A stretch of 64,000 nucleotides of DNA from Candidatus Gastranaerophilales bacterium (GTDB lineage: Bacteria; Cyanobacteriota; Vampirovibrionia; Gastranaerophilales; Gastranaerophilaceae): contig CALVAX010000010.1 in assembly GCA_944325605.1 (NCBI GenBank), positions 5,933 to 69,932 of the forward strand. The letters run 5' to 3'. The translations under genes were made by a program, and so were the position numbers. A model generated the notes under the pieces. It saw only the letters and a program-made list of their open reading frames with translations. It had not been told where the DNA came from and did no database searches. Each line of letters starts with the position of its first letter. The first letter of the stretch is position 1. Of the stretch, positions 1 through 9,798 are shown in pieces.

Positions 1-1
1 T

Positions 2-538
2 TTAAGAGAGCCGTCAAAAGAGGTTCATAAAGTATCACGAAAAATTACTGATTTAGTTCAGGATCTGCTGGATACATTGTATGCACAAAACGGTGTAGGT
101 CTTGCAGCACCTCAGATTGGTGAAAATTTAAGAGTTTTTGTTATTGATGTTTCAACAAATGAAGAACCGCTCAGGCCGCTTGTATTCATCAATCCGAAGA
201 TTATAAAAAAATCAGGTGCAATAGTTACAGAAGAAGGCTGTCTGAGTTTTCCCGAAGCATATGCAAATGTAAAAAGATATAAAAATGTAATGGTAAAAGC
301 TACAGATATTCACGGACGGTCATTTGTTATGGAAGCAAAAGACGGCTGTCTGCTAGCGCGTGCAATTCAGCATGAAAATGACCATCTTGACGGTATCCTT
401 TTTATTGACCACAGTGCAAACAGATTTGAAACAGAAGCTGTTCTTGAAAAACATCATCTTCCGCCAATTGAACCGGAACGTCTGATTTCAGAACCGGATA
501 TTGACGAAGAATTGGAGAAAGAAAAAAGTAATGATTAA
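2..538 (+). CDS. def: peptide deformylase (5' end cut by window edge)
   Basis: The frame is open from nt 2 (LREPSKEVHKVSRKITDLVQ...). All three PDF motifs are present: GVGLAAPQIG, EGCLSFP, HENDHLDG. Confidence 0.95.
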   Translation, partial: LREPSKEVHKVSRKITDLVQDLLDTLYAQNGVGLAAPQIGENLRVFVIDVSTNEEPLRPLVFINPKIIKKSGAIVTEEGCLSFPEAYANVKRYKNVMVKATDIHGRSFVMEAKDGCLLARAIQHENDHLDGILFIDHSANRFETEAVLEKHHLPPIEPERLISEPDIDEELEKEKSND

Positions 539-1448
539 GATTGTATTCTTTGGCACCCCTAAAATAGCGGTTAAATCTCTGGAATATCTGAATGCATCTT
601 CTGATATTGAAGTTTTAGCAGTTGTAACCCAGCCTGATAAACCTGCAGGAAGAGGGAAAAAACTCACAATGTCGCCGGTTAAAGAATTTGCAATTCAACA
701 TTCTATTCCTGTTTTTCAGCCAAAATCAATCAGAAAAGAACCTGAAATTCAGGAAGAATTAAAAAATTTTAAGCCTGATTTTTTTGTAACATTTGCTTTC
801 GGACAAATATTATCACAGGAAGTTCTAGACATTCCGAAATATTGTACAATAAACCTCCATGCTTCACTTCTTCCGAAATACAGAGGAGCCAATCCGCTTC
901 AGAGGGCAATAATAAACGGCGACAAAGAAACTGGTATCTGCACAATGATAACGGAACTCGGGCTTGATTGCGGAGATGTCTGCCTTAAGGAAGTAATTCA
1001 GATTCCGGAAGATATGAACTGTGAACAACTTTTTGAAAAAGTAAGCGAGATGTCGCCGGAATTGATAGAAAAAACACTTAAAGGTATTGTTTCAAACACT
1101 ATTAAACCAACACCGCAATGTGAAGAAGGGGTTTGTATGGCCGGAAAGCTTACAAAAGAAGAAACGGAAATTGACTGGAATAAAACCGCAGAAGAAATTC
1201 ACAACCTTGTCAGAGGGATCTATAAATTTCCAGGCGCCTACTTTATGCATAACGGGAAGATTATAAAAGTATTAGAAACAAAAGTTGACCACACATGCGC
1301 ATTAGCGGCTGGAGAACTCGGAAAAGCAGCAAAAGAAGGGGTTCCGGTCGGCTGCAGCCACGGAACAGTAATTTTGACAAAGGTCAAACCCGAAGGCAAA
1401 GGCGAAATGTCTGCACGCGACTGGTATAACGGAATTAAAAACAGGTAA
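531..1448 (+). CDS. fmt: methionyl-tRNA formyltransferase
   Basis: Starts MIKIVFFGTP at ATG 531, overlapping the def stop. Formyltransferase core HASLLPKYRGANPLQRAI is present. def-fmt synteny supports the call. Confidence 0.95.
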   Translation: MIKIVFFGTPKIAVKSLEYLNASSDIEVLAVVTQPDKPAGRGKKLTMSPVKEFAIQHSIPVFQPKSIRKEPEIQEELKNFKPDFFVTFAFGQILSQEVLDIPKYCTINLHASLLPKYRGANPLQRAIINGDKETGICTMITELGLDCGDVCLKEVIQIPEDMNCEQLFEKVSEMSPELIEKTLKGIVSNTIKPTPQCEEGVCMAGKLTKEETEIDWNKTAEEIHNLVRGIYKFPGAYFMHNGKIIKVLETKVDHTCALAAGELGKAAKEGVPVGCSHGTVILTKVKPEGKGEMSARDWYNGIKNR

Positions 1449-1453
1449 TCGGT

Positions 1454-1801
1454 ATGACAAAAGGTATTCGCGGAGCAACAACTTCTGCTAAAAATACAGA
1501 AAGTGCAATCAGAGAGGCAACCGTAGAACTTTTATCAGAGATGATAAAAGTCAATAAAATTGATATCTCAAAAATTTCACATGTAATATTCACGACAACA
1601 AAGGATTTAGATGCGGCATTTCCTGCAAAATTTGCAAGACTGGATATGGGTTTCACAGAAACAGCAATGATGTGTTTCAACGAAATAGATGTGCCCGGAG
1701 CCTTGAAAATGTGCATAAGAATATTGATAGTCCTTAATTGTGATGAGGATTTTAAACCTCAATTTGTCTATCTTAACGGCGCAAAAGACCTCAGAAAATA
1801 A
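1454..1801 (+). CDS. aroH: monofunctional chorismate mutase, AroH class
   Basis: 115 aa. Has GIRGATT near the N-terminus, plus FPAKF and CIRIL segments as in Bacillus AroH. Confidence 0.8.
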   Translation: MTKGIRGATTSAKNTESAIREATVELLSEMIKVNKIDISKISHVIFTTTKDLDAAFPAKFARLDMGFTETAMMCFNEIDVPGALKMCIRILIVLNCDEDFKPQFVYLNGAKDLRK

Positions 1802-1843
1802 GTACCCTGAAATCAAGCCGGATATGAGTTTACAGTGTTATCA

Positions 1844-2548
1844 TTATCTGACAGACAGAAATTTGTGCACCTGAGGAATAAGTCTGACTTTGTTATATTT
1901 TTTAAGGAATTTATCAAGAATAGTGACCGCAAACACAGATGTAACACTCATTTGGTCCTCCACCATTTTAGGCTGCAAAATCAAGAGCAAATCATATTTA
2001 TTTGCAAGTTCTATACATTTATTAATTTCTTCATCAGTAATATTATCGTCAAAAACAATTTTTGCAAAGCACTCATGCCCTTTGCAAATGGCGAAGAATT
2101 CGTCATGTCTGTCAAAAGAATTCATCATACCGGTTGCACTTTCAAGCTTTATATCAGCAGCAACAACATCAATATAATCAATAACTCTTCTCAGTTCCTC
2201 CGGCAACGTTGCATTGGTTTCAAGATAAATCTTTAAATTATTTTCTTTCAGTAACGGAAGAATTTTGCATAAGAAATCAACAGACAATAATGGTTCACCA
2301 CCCGTCAATGAAACAGAATAAATTGTTTTTAAATCGAACTGCTCTATAACTTCCATAAGCCGTTCAGGTGTATATTCGTCACAATCGCTGTCAAAATCAG
2401 TATCACAGTAATGACATCTCAAATTACAATTACAAAATCTAATAAACAATTGTTTTGCACCAATATAAGGCCCTTCTCCTTGAATTGAGGCAAAAACTTC
2501 CTTTATTTTTGCACTATTACCTGATTCAAAATTTTCTTCTTCAATCAT
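1844..2548 (-). CDS. queE: 7-carboxy-7-deazaguanine synthase (radical SAM)
   Basis: FASIQGEGPYIG and the CNLRCHYCDT cluster motif. The first ATG is at 2548; the track ORF starts at GTG 2575. There is an 8-nt overlap with the upstream gene stop. Confidence 0.85.
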   Translation of the reverse strand: MIEEENFESGNSAKIKEVFASIQGEGPYIGAKQLFIRFCNCNLRCHYCDTDFDSDCDEYTPERLMEVIEQFDLKTIYSVSLTGGEPLLSVDFLCKILPLLKENNLKIYLETNATLPEELRRVIDYIDVVAADIKLESATGMMNSFDRHDEFFAICKGHECFAKIVFDDNITDEEINKCIELANKYDLLLILQPKMVEDQMSVTSVFAVTILDKFLKKYNKVRLIPQVHKFLSVR

Positions 2549-3635
2549 TTGCTGACTTCTCTCTTTTGCATTCACCGGAAAGCTCTTTTAGCTTTGTATA
2601 AAGATTAATTTCCTCATCAGTAAGACTGTCCGGAATTTGTATCTTAACAGTAACTATTATATCACCAACAAAATTATTTTTCTTAACACCTTGAGAAGAT
2701 ATTCTGAAAATTTGTCCGGATTTTGTCATAGGCGGAAGCGTAAGCTGAACATACCCGGACAATGACGGAACCTTGATATCCCCGCCGAGTACAGCCTCAA
2801 ACGGAGATATCAGCACTTCACAAATCAGATTATTTCCGTCAATTTTAAACGCGGAATCCGGCGTAACGGTAATTTTCAAATATAAATCACCGTTTTTACC
2901 GCCGTTTTCACCTTTTTTCCCCTCGCCTGACAGCCTGAGTTTTGTACCGCTTTTAACATTTTGCGGAATAGTTACATTAATCTTCTGATGATTTGTAATC
3001 TCTCCTTTGCCGTCACAATGCTGGCATTTTGAACCGTTAATAAACTTTCTGCCGCTGCAATACGGACAGACCTCAGTATTTATAACATTAACGGTTTTTT
3101 GCGTACCTGTAATCGACTCTTTTAGCGTTATTGACACATCTGTATAAATATCAGCCCCTTTTTTCGGAACAGATTTCTTCTCAGAAAATGCCTTTTTCTT
3201 CTTAGGCTTTTGCGAAAAACCGTCTATAATATCATTTATCAAATCGCAAAAAGGTTTATCCTCTGATTTTTTTTGAGTCTTGCTATTGAAATCCTGTGCA
3301 TTTTTGCTTTCTGATTTTTCAAAAGAATCACGTTTTATTGTATCTGATGAAGCTGAAGGATTTCTGTAACTTTTTCTGTACGGCTCGCTTTTAAACTTTT
3401 CACTGCTTCCGGAACTTTTAAAAAAGCCGTTTAAAGTATCATATTGCTTTCTTTTTGCCTCGTCACACAAAGTTTCATAGGCTTCCATAATATCCTTAAA
3501 CTTCATTTCTCCGTCCGGATTAACGTCAGGATGAAATTTTCTGACAAGACGCCTGTAAATACTCTTTAACTCTCCTGACTCCACGTCAGGAGTAACCCCT
3601 AAAATTTCATAGTAATTTTTGCTGCTCTTTAACAT
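2541..3635 (-). CDS. DnaJ-family co-chaperone, atypical (J domain, K/S-rich linker, single Zn centre)
   Basis: J domain YYEILGV...KFHPDVNP. Only two CxxCxGxG-type motifs (CPYCSGRK, CQHCDGKG). A C-terminal beta domain is present. No G/F region. Confidence 0.8.
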   Translation of the reverse strand: MLKSSKNYYEILGVTPDVESGELKSIYRRLVRKFHPDVNPDGEMKFKDIMEAYETLCDEAKRKQYDTLNGFFKSSGSSEKFKSEPYRKSYRNPSASSDTIKRDSFEKSESKNAQDFNSKTQKKSEDKPFCDLINDIIDGFSQKPKKKKAFSEKKSVPKKGADIYTDVSITLKESITGTQKTVNVINTEVCPYCSGRKFINGSKCQHCDGKGEITNHQKINVTIPQNVKSGTKLRLSGEGKKGENGGKNGDLYLKITVTPDSAFKIDGNNLICEVLISPFEAVLGGDIKVPSLSGYVQLTLPPMTKSGQIFRISSQGVKKNNFVGDIIVTVKIQIPDSLTDEEINLYTKLKELSGECKREKSAND

Positions 3636-3670
3636 ATAAAAATTTATAATGATGCTTGAAAAAATATCAA

Positions 3671-4924
3671 CTAATCCACAGATTTGCAGATATCTTTACG
3701 GTATTTCTTACCGCTAAAATTAATAACATCAACATTTTCATAGAGCAATTCCCTGGCTCGGGATAAAGTTGAGGCAGTTCTGGTAAGCACAACCGTCCTG
3801 CCGCCGGACGTAAGATATTCCATATATTCATTTCTTCTGGTATTAAAATGGTTTATATCCAGATCATCAGCCAGCTCCAGACCGGAAATTAGATTGTCCT
3901 TAAGTTTTCCGCTGGACAGAACACAGGATACAGAAGAATTTTCAGAAACATCTATAGCATCATAATCATCTGCAAAAGAACCGACAGCACAGGCTTCAAA
4001 AAGAGTATAAAGATTTTCATTAATTAAATTCAAAACTGCCTGACAATCGTGGTTTGCCAAAAATGGTTTTAACTCAAGAATTGTAAATTCGCCTGACGAA
4101 GTCAGAACACCTTCCACACCGAGAATTCCAAGATAAGGAGTCTCTTTTGAGGCAAGACTTGAAATAACAGGCTCGACAACTTCATACAAAATTCTATTCT
4201 GGATTTCGCAAGAGAGTTTGTAATCCGGACAATATCCGCCCATACCCGGAGTCAAAATTCCGCCATTGCCGTCAGACATAAATTTGTAATTTGCAAAAGT
4301 TGTAAGCGGAAGAAAATGATACCCGTCAGTAATTACATACATTATAAATTCATGCCCGTAAACAAAATCTTCCAATAATATTTTTTGAGCGCCGGAAACA
4401 AAAAGATCCTCCACAAACACAGAAGCCGTCTGAATATTGTTACAAACCTGCCTGTCTGCTCCTTCTGTACTTTCATCCGTTCTTATAACAACCGGAAACT
4501 CTGATTTTTTTAAATATTCAATGGCCGGCTGCTGTTTTTCAAAAATACCAAACTTCGGAGTAGGAATACGCAGTCTGTAAAAAAGTTTTTTGCCCGTCGA
4601 TTTTGAAATTGCAGGAAAAGCACTTGCTGCAGACGGGCCGAAAATCAACTGTCCGTTTGCCTGGAATAAAGATACAAGATCAGCCTTAACGGCACTTTCA
4701 TCAGAACAAATAGTCATATCAACCGCATTTTCCAGAACGAAATTTAACAATTCCGAAGTATTTTCCGGTCTGATATCAACACGCTCACAGAATTCACCCA
4801 TTGCATCATTTCCGGGAGCTGCGTATATTTTTTTTACAAATTCATACTTTGCAAAAACAGAGGCTAAAGCGTGTTCCTTTGCCGAACTTCCAACTATCAA
4901 TATTTTTTTATTCTCAAGAGCCAT
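3671..4924 (-). CDS. purD: phosphoribosylamine--glycine ligase (divergent)
   Basis: 417 aa. N-terminus ILIVGSSAKEHALA...APGN parallels the PurD GGREHAL...APGN. The length fits an ATP-grasp enzyme. Confidence 0.75.
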   Translation of the reverse strand: MALENKKILIVGSSAKEHALASVFAKYEFVKKIYAAPGNDAMGEFCERVDIRPENTSELLNFVLENAVDMTICSDESAVKADLVSLFQANGQLIFGPSAASAFPAISKSTGKKLFYRLRIPTPKFGIFEKQQPAIEYLKKSEFPVVIRTDESTEGADRQVCNNIQTASVFVEDLFVSGAQKILLEDFVYGHEFIMYVITDGYHFLPLTTFANYKFMSDGNGGILTPGMGGYCPDYKLSCEIQNRILYEVVEPVISSLASKETPYLGILGVEGVLTSSGEFTILELKPFLANHDCQAVLNLINENLYTLFEACAVGSFADDYDAIDVSENSSVSCVLSSGKLKDNLISGLELADDLDINHFNTRRNEYMEYLTSGGRTVVLTRTASTLSRARELLYENVDVINFSGKKYRKDICKSVD

Positions 4925-4930
4925 AAAACA

Positions 4931-4958
4931 ATTATAAATATTTAAAATATTTATGCAA
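4931..4958 (-). promoter_or_regulatory. sigma70-type promoter of purD with leaderless geometry
   Basis: The minus strand reads TTGCAT, 16 nt, TATAAT, TGTTTT, ATG. No Shine-Dalgarno sequence is present. Confidence 0.5.
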
Positions 4959-5092
4959 GGTGTAATTTTCTACAACAAAATAATGATTTTATTAAGATTT
5001 ATAAAAAAAAATAAAAATTTATGTTATAATAATGACGAAAAGAAAATTATAATTAATAATAATTTGTAGCAAGTGTAACAGGTAGAAATTAT

Positions 5093-5341
5093 ATGGCAGA
5101 TTTAGTAAGTTTATTATCGAATGTATTTACGGCTCAGCAGGCTCCTGCAGCGGTTTCGACGCCTGCAATAAGCCCGAGAACGAACAATCCGTTCAGCAAT
5201 AATCCTTTTGTCAACTATAACGGAAACAGGTATAACAGCGCAACTTACGGCAAAAACACACCGGTAAGAGGCGGATATTTTGCCGGCTACTATAACGGCA
5301 AACAGAATATTGTCGGACAAAGGTTGTTTATTGAAGTGTAG
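5093..5341 (+). CDS. small hypothetical protein (N/P/Y-rich, 82 aa)
   Basis: The ORF is followed directly by a strong hairpin terminator. No recognisable domain. Confidence 0.45.
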   Translation: MADLVSLLSNVFTAQQAPAAVSTPAISPRTNNPFSNNPFVNYNGNRYNSATYGKNTPVRGGYFAGYYNGKQNIVGQRLFIEV

Positions 5342-5367
5342 CAATATTTGATATTTTTATTAAGTTT

Positions 5368-5402
5368 ACCGCTTAAATTATGGAATTTAAGCGGTATTTT
5401 TT
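5368..5402. terminator. bidirectional rho-independent terminator
   Basis: ACCGCTTAAATT, loop ATGG, AATTTAAGCGGT (12-bp perfect stem), then ATTTTTT. It lies between convergent genes. Confidence 0.8.
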
Positions 5403-6240
5403 AGTTTTCAGTTTTTATTTTATACACATCCTGCTTGAATGCATATCTGTATAGAGCATAAAACACAGCCAGATTAATTAAGAATTCGCACACAACTCCG
5501 GAATAGCTGTTAATAAGAATGTGCTGCCCTGTTAAACTCAAAAATGTTTCACTGCAGATAAAAGGCACTGCCAATGCAGAAGCAAGCATTGGTAAAGCTA
5601 AAATTTTCCACACTATCTGAGTGCCGATTTTAAGATTGTAAGCGTAACCTATAGCAAACAATACCTTTGCAGCCATAAACACCCAGCAAACAATATCACC
5701 CCACACCAGCACCCCGTAATCCATCATCACAAGACAACTGCTCAGATAAATTAAACCCTGAACAGCAATGTAAGTTAAAAACACTTTCCAATAGGGTTTA
5801 TTTACACCAGAAAAGGTTTCACAATTTTTTTTATAAATAATACACGCACTTAAAACAGGTGAATAAATTAACAAATATATCAAAAGAGATAAAACAAGCA
5901 GCCTTGAAATTGCCGACATGTAAAAGGCTTGATCCAGTGTACCAAACTCTGATTTCACCTGTACTGCCATAATATTAAGCCCTGTAATCACTGACATTAC
6001 AACACTAAAGACAAAAAATAAAATACAGAAAATAATCAGTAAATTAATAAATTTATTGCTGAAAAGCTTCTTTTTCCAGCCAAGAGCATAAAATAACCCG
6101 AGTACAGCAATAACAAAAATACTGAAAATATAGCTTAATGAAATTGAAAACTCGCTTAAGACAAATCCGTTTGAAATGCCTCCTATATTTAAAAAACAGA
6201 AAATTAACGATATAATTACAAACAGTATTTTCCAAATCAT
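5401..6240 (-). CDS. polytopic membrane protein, unknown function
   Basis: 279 aa with about 8 hydrophobic segments. A GAGGAG RBS lies upstream. Confidence 0.65.
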   Translation of the reverse strand: MIWKILFVIISLIFCFLNIGGISNGFVLSEFSISLSYIFSIFVIAVLGLFYALGWKKKLFSNKFINLLIIFCILFFVFSVVMSVITGLNIMAVQVKSEFGTLDQAFYMSAISRLLVLSLLIYLLIYSPVLSACIIYKKNCETFSGVNKPYWKVFLTYIAVQGLIYLSSCLVMMDYGVLVWGDIVCWVFMAAKVLFAIGYAYNLKIGTQIVWKILALPMLASALAVPFICSETFLSLTGQHILINSYSGVVCEFLINLAVFYALYRYAFKQDVYKIKTEN

Positions 6241-6371
6241 TGTTTTACTCCTCTTTTTGAACTTAACATATATATCACATTTTGTAAATTATCGTTTATT
6301 AAACAGTTAAGTAATATAAAAAAACACATATTTTAAGTATAATTATAATGGACATGTGAGGAAAACATTAA

Positions 6372-8174
6372 ATGAATACTAATCAAATATTTGAAAAAAT
6401 AAAAACGACTCAGGCATATATGAATTACTCAAGGATGTGGCCTTTCGTAAAACCTTACTGGTTCAGAGCACTTCTGGCCGTATTAATATGCATTCCCATA
6501 GGCTCGCTTGACGCTGTAATTGCATTGTCTTTAAAACCTTACATGGATCTTGTAATGGTTGAAAAAACAGTTGAATCCCCATGGTATATACCGTTCGGGA
6601 TAGTTGCTTTTACGACTATTCAAGGAATGCTTAATTATCTTGCGACTTACCTAAACACATGGGTTGGCGGAAAAATTACAAACGATTTGAAATTTGAACT
6701 TTATAAAAAACTTTTGACTTTCGAAACTGCATATTTTGACAGGAAAAAATCAGGAGATATTGTATTTAGATTTAACAACGACGCAGACACAGCATGCGCA
6801 GGACTTCTGGATAACCTCAAGACTTTTGTATCAAGATTGTTCTCATCAATTTCGCTTGTAGGTGTCCTTATTTATAACTCATGGCAGCTTGCACTGATTG
6901 CCATTTTTATACTTGGATGCGCATTTCTGCCGCTTGCTAAAATCAGACAGAGAATTAAAAGCGTTATGGATAAATCAGTTGTTGCAGGCTCGACAATAAT
7001 TACAGCCTACAACGAAAGCTTTGCGGGAAACAAAACTATTACTTCCTATAACCTCGCGGATTATCAGGAAAACAAATTCAAAAATATTCTTCACGAAATT
7101 TTCAAGTTTAAAATCAAAATGATACAAAGAACCTCCTGGCTTTCTCCGATGATGCACGTTATTGTATCTGTCGGTATCGGTATTGCAATCGGCTACGGCA
7201 GCCATCTTATCTTAACTAAACAAATTACAAGCGGTAACTTTGTATCATTCATTACTGCATTAATTATGCTCTATACCCCGATTAAAAACCTCGGAAACAA
7301 CTTCAATTCTGTTCAATTCTCGTTTATGGCTATTGAACGTGTGTTCGGAGTTCTTGAAAGCAGCCCGAGAATTAAAGATAAACCGAATGCAGTTGATTTA
7401 AAAGAAATTAAAAACGATATAACCTTTAATGACGTTTGCTTTGAATACCTGAAAGACAAACCCGTCTTAAAACACATAAACCTTGAAGTTAAAAAAGGCG
7501 AAACCATTGCACTGGTAGGCAATTCAGGCGGCGGAAAATCTACAATCGTGAGCCTTATCCCGAGATTTTACGACGTAAAATCCGGCTCAATTATGATTGA
7601 CGGTATTGATATCAGAAATTATACACTCAAAAGCCTGAGAGAAAATATTTCAGTAGTGTTTCAGGACAACTTTCTGTTTTCAGGCACAATAAAAGAAAAT
7701 ATTCTTCTAGGTAAAGAAAACGCAACGGACGAAGAAATTCAAAAAGCTGTTAAAATGGCATATTTAGATGAATTTGTGGCTACGCTTAAAGAAGGCCTTA
7801 ATACCCAGATCGGAGAAAGGGGGATGCTTCTTTCCGGCGGACAAAAACAGCGTGTTGCAATTGCAAGAGCTTTTCTGAAAAATGCGCCGGTTGTTATTCT
7901 TGATGAAGCAACGTCAGCGCTTGACAACAAATCAGAAGCAATTGTGCAAAAAGCAATAGACAACCTTATGATAGATAAAACGGTTTTTGTAATTGCACAC
8001 AGGCTTTCCACAATACAGAATGCAGACAGAATTGCAGTTATAAATGAAGGAGTTCTGGCTGAACTCGGAACCCACGACGAACTTATGCAAATTGAAAACG
8101 GTAAATACAAAAATCTTTATAATATGCAATTCAGGGGGCAAAAAGAGTCCCAAAAAACACCGGTTGCCGTTTAA
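6372..8174 (+). CDS. ABC exporter, fused permease/ATPase (MsbA-like type I exporter)
   Basis: N-terminal 6-TM domain. Walker A GNSGGGKST, signature LSGGQKQRVAIARA, Walker B VVILDEATSALD. Confidence 0.9.
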   Translation: MNTNQIFEKIKTTQAYMNYSRMWPFVKPYWFRALLAVLICIPIGSLDAVIALSLKPYMDLVMVEKTVESPWYIPFGIVAFTTIQGMLNYLATYLNTWVGGKITNDLKFELYKKLLTFETAYFDRKKSGDIVFRFNNDADTACAGLLDNLKTFVSRLFSSISLVGVLIYNSWQLALIAIFILGCAFLPLAKIRQRIKSVMDKSVVAGSTIITAYNESFAGNKTITSYNLADYQENKFKNILHEIFKFKIKMIQRTSWLSPMMHVIVSVGIGIAIGYGSHLILTKQITSGNFVSFITALIMLYTPIKNLGNNFNSVQFSFMAIERVFGVLESSPRIKDKPNAVDLKEIKNDITFNDVCFEYLKDKPVLKHINLEVKKGETIALVGNSGGGKSTIVSLIPRFYDVKSGSIMIDGIDIRNYTLKSLRENISVVFQDNFLFSGTIKENILLGKENATDEEIQKAVKMAYLDEFVATLKEGLNTQIGERGMLLSGGQKQRVAIARAFLKNAPVVILDEATSALDNKSEAIVQKAIDNLMIDKTVFVIAHRLSTIQNADRIAVINEGVLAELGTHDELMQIENGKYKNLYNMQFRGQKESQKTPVAV

Positions 8175-8209
8175 ATTCAAACATAATTTACAAAAAAGGA
8201 TAAATATTA

Positions 8210-9784
8210 ATGAAAAACACACTGACAGCGAACCTTAAAGGGGACATCCTCGGCGGTATAACTGCCGGTATTATAGCGCTTCCTCTTGCAATAGCCTTCG
8301 GCGTATCAAGCGGACTCGGGGCTGCGGCGGGGCTTTACGGCGCAATTATCGTCGGACTTTTTGCCTCGATTTTTGGAGGAACTCCTACGCAAATCTCTGG
8401 CCCGACAGGCCCTCTGACTGTTCTTGCAGCCTCAATTCTTGCGTTCAATTCAGACTCTCCGGATGTTATTTTTGCAGCTGTCTTTTTATCAGGAATTTTC
8501 CAGATAATCTTCGGGATATTTAAAATCGGAAAACTTGTTAATTTTATTCCTTATCCTGTAATCTCAGGCTTTATGAGCGGAATCGGAACGATAATAATTC
8601 TTCTTCAGGCAAACTCAATTCTCGGACTGGATTTTTCCGGCACTCCTGTCGAAGGCTTAATCAATGCCGTAAAAGCTGTTCCGCAGACAAATCTGCAGGC
8701 TCTTTTGCTCGGAATTATTACACTTCTGATAGTATTTCTGACTCCGAAAAAACTTGCAAAAATTATTCCTCCGCCTCTGCTTGCGCTAATCTCAGGCACA
8801 ATAATTTCCGTAATATTTAACTTTAACGTGCCGACAATCGGCGAAATTCCGTCAGGATTTCCTGCATTTAATTTTCCGGAATTTCACCTGACAGAATTTG
8901 AAATCGTAATCTCATCAGCACTGACAATTGCAGTTTTGGGTTCTATCGACACTCTTCTGACTTCTCTTGTTGCGGATTCAATGACTAAGACAAAACACAA
9001 ATCCGACAAGGAACTTATAGGACAGGGGATTGCAAATATGATAGCGTCGGTATTCGGCGGGCTTGTTTCATGCGGCGCAACGATGAGAACAGCCGTAAAC
9101 ATCAGAAGCGGCGGCAGAACAGCTTTATCAGGCGTGGTGCATTCAATATTTTTGATATTAATAGTTGTATTTTTTGCACCGGCAGCCTCAAAAATCCCGC
9201 TTGCCGTATTAGCCGGAATTTTGATAAAAGTCGGAATAAGTATTATTGATTACAAATTTATAAAACTAATAAAAATCGCACCGAAAAACGATCTTCTTGT
9301 AATGCTTCTTGTGTATTTCATAACGATATTCGATGATTTAATCCTTGCAGTAGGCGTGGGTGTTGTAATGTCATCCCTGCTTTTTGCGGCAAACGTTGCA
9401 AAACAAACAGACGTAAAACTAAAAGGTATAAAGGAAAACGAAAGCTACATCAACGAAGACTTAATCAACAACACAATGATAATGCACATAGACGGAACCC
9501 TGTTTTTCGGCTCAGCCTCACAGATTGCCTCAAGAATAGATGAGGTTTGGGACAACAAGGCAGTTATAGTGGACTGTTCAAGCATAAAAACTATAGATAT
9601 ATCAGGTGTTTTTGCGCTGGAAGATTTAATTCTTACACTCAAAAGCCGGGATGTACGGGTAATAACGATTTTCAACAACAGAGATATCGCCGCCCTTGCA
9701 CTAAAACTCGGCTTAAGAAAAATTATTACATCAAAAGATATAGCCTTCTCAACAGCAGAAGCTGTGGAATGCTGCTGTAAATAA
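8210..9784 (+). CDS. SulP-family anion transporter with C-terminal STAS domain
   Basis: 524 aa. N-terminus NLKGDILGGITAGIIALPLAIAF is typical of SulP. The C-terminal tail is STAS-like. Confidence 0.85.
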   Translation: MKNTLTANLKGDILGGITAGIIALPLAIAFGVSSGLGAAAGLYGAIIVGLFASIFGGTPTQISGPTGPLTVLAASILAFNSDSPDVIFAAVFLSGIFQIIFGIFKIGKLVNFIPYPVISGFMSGIGTIIILLQANSILGLDFSGTPVEGLINAVKAVPQTNLQALLLGIITLLIVFLTPKKLAKIIPPPLLALISGTIISVIFNFNVPTIGEIPSGFPAFNFPEFHLTEFEIVISSALTIAVLGSIDTLLTSLVADSMTKTKHKSDKELIGQGIANMIASVFGGLVSCGATMRTAVNIRSGGRTALSGVVHSIFLILIVVFFAPAASKIPLAVLAGILIKVGISIIDYKFIKLIKIAPKNDLLVMLLVYFITIFDDLILAVGVGVVMSSLLFAANVAKQTDVKLKGIKENESYINEDLINNTMIMHIDGTLFFGSASQIASRIDEVWDNKAVIVDCSSIKTIDISGVFALEDLILTLKSRDVRVITIFNNRDIAALALKLGLRKIITSKDIAFSTAEAVECCCK

Positions 9785-9798
9785 AAACTTACAGACTT

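Noticed and set aside
1435-1816. Antisense or overlapping ORFs of 60-156 aa throughout the track (such as 1435-1716, 1607-1816, 1835-2236, 4590-4937, 7739-8110, 26725-27195, 39722-40141, 52627-53265).
   Set aside because: Each lies wholly inside, and antisense or out of frame to, a strongly supported conserved gene. Their composition is typical of shadow ORFs in AT-rich DNA.
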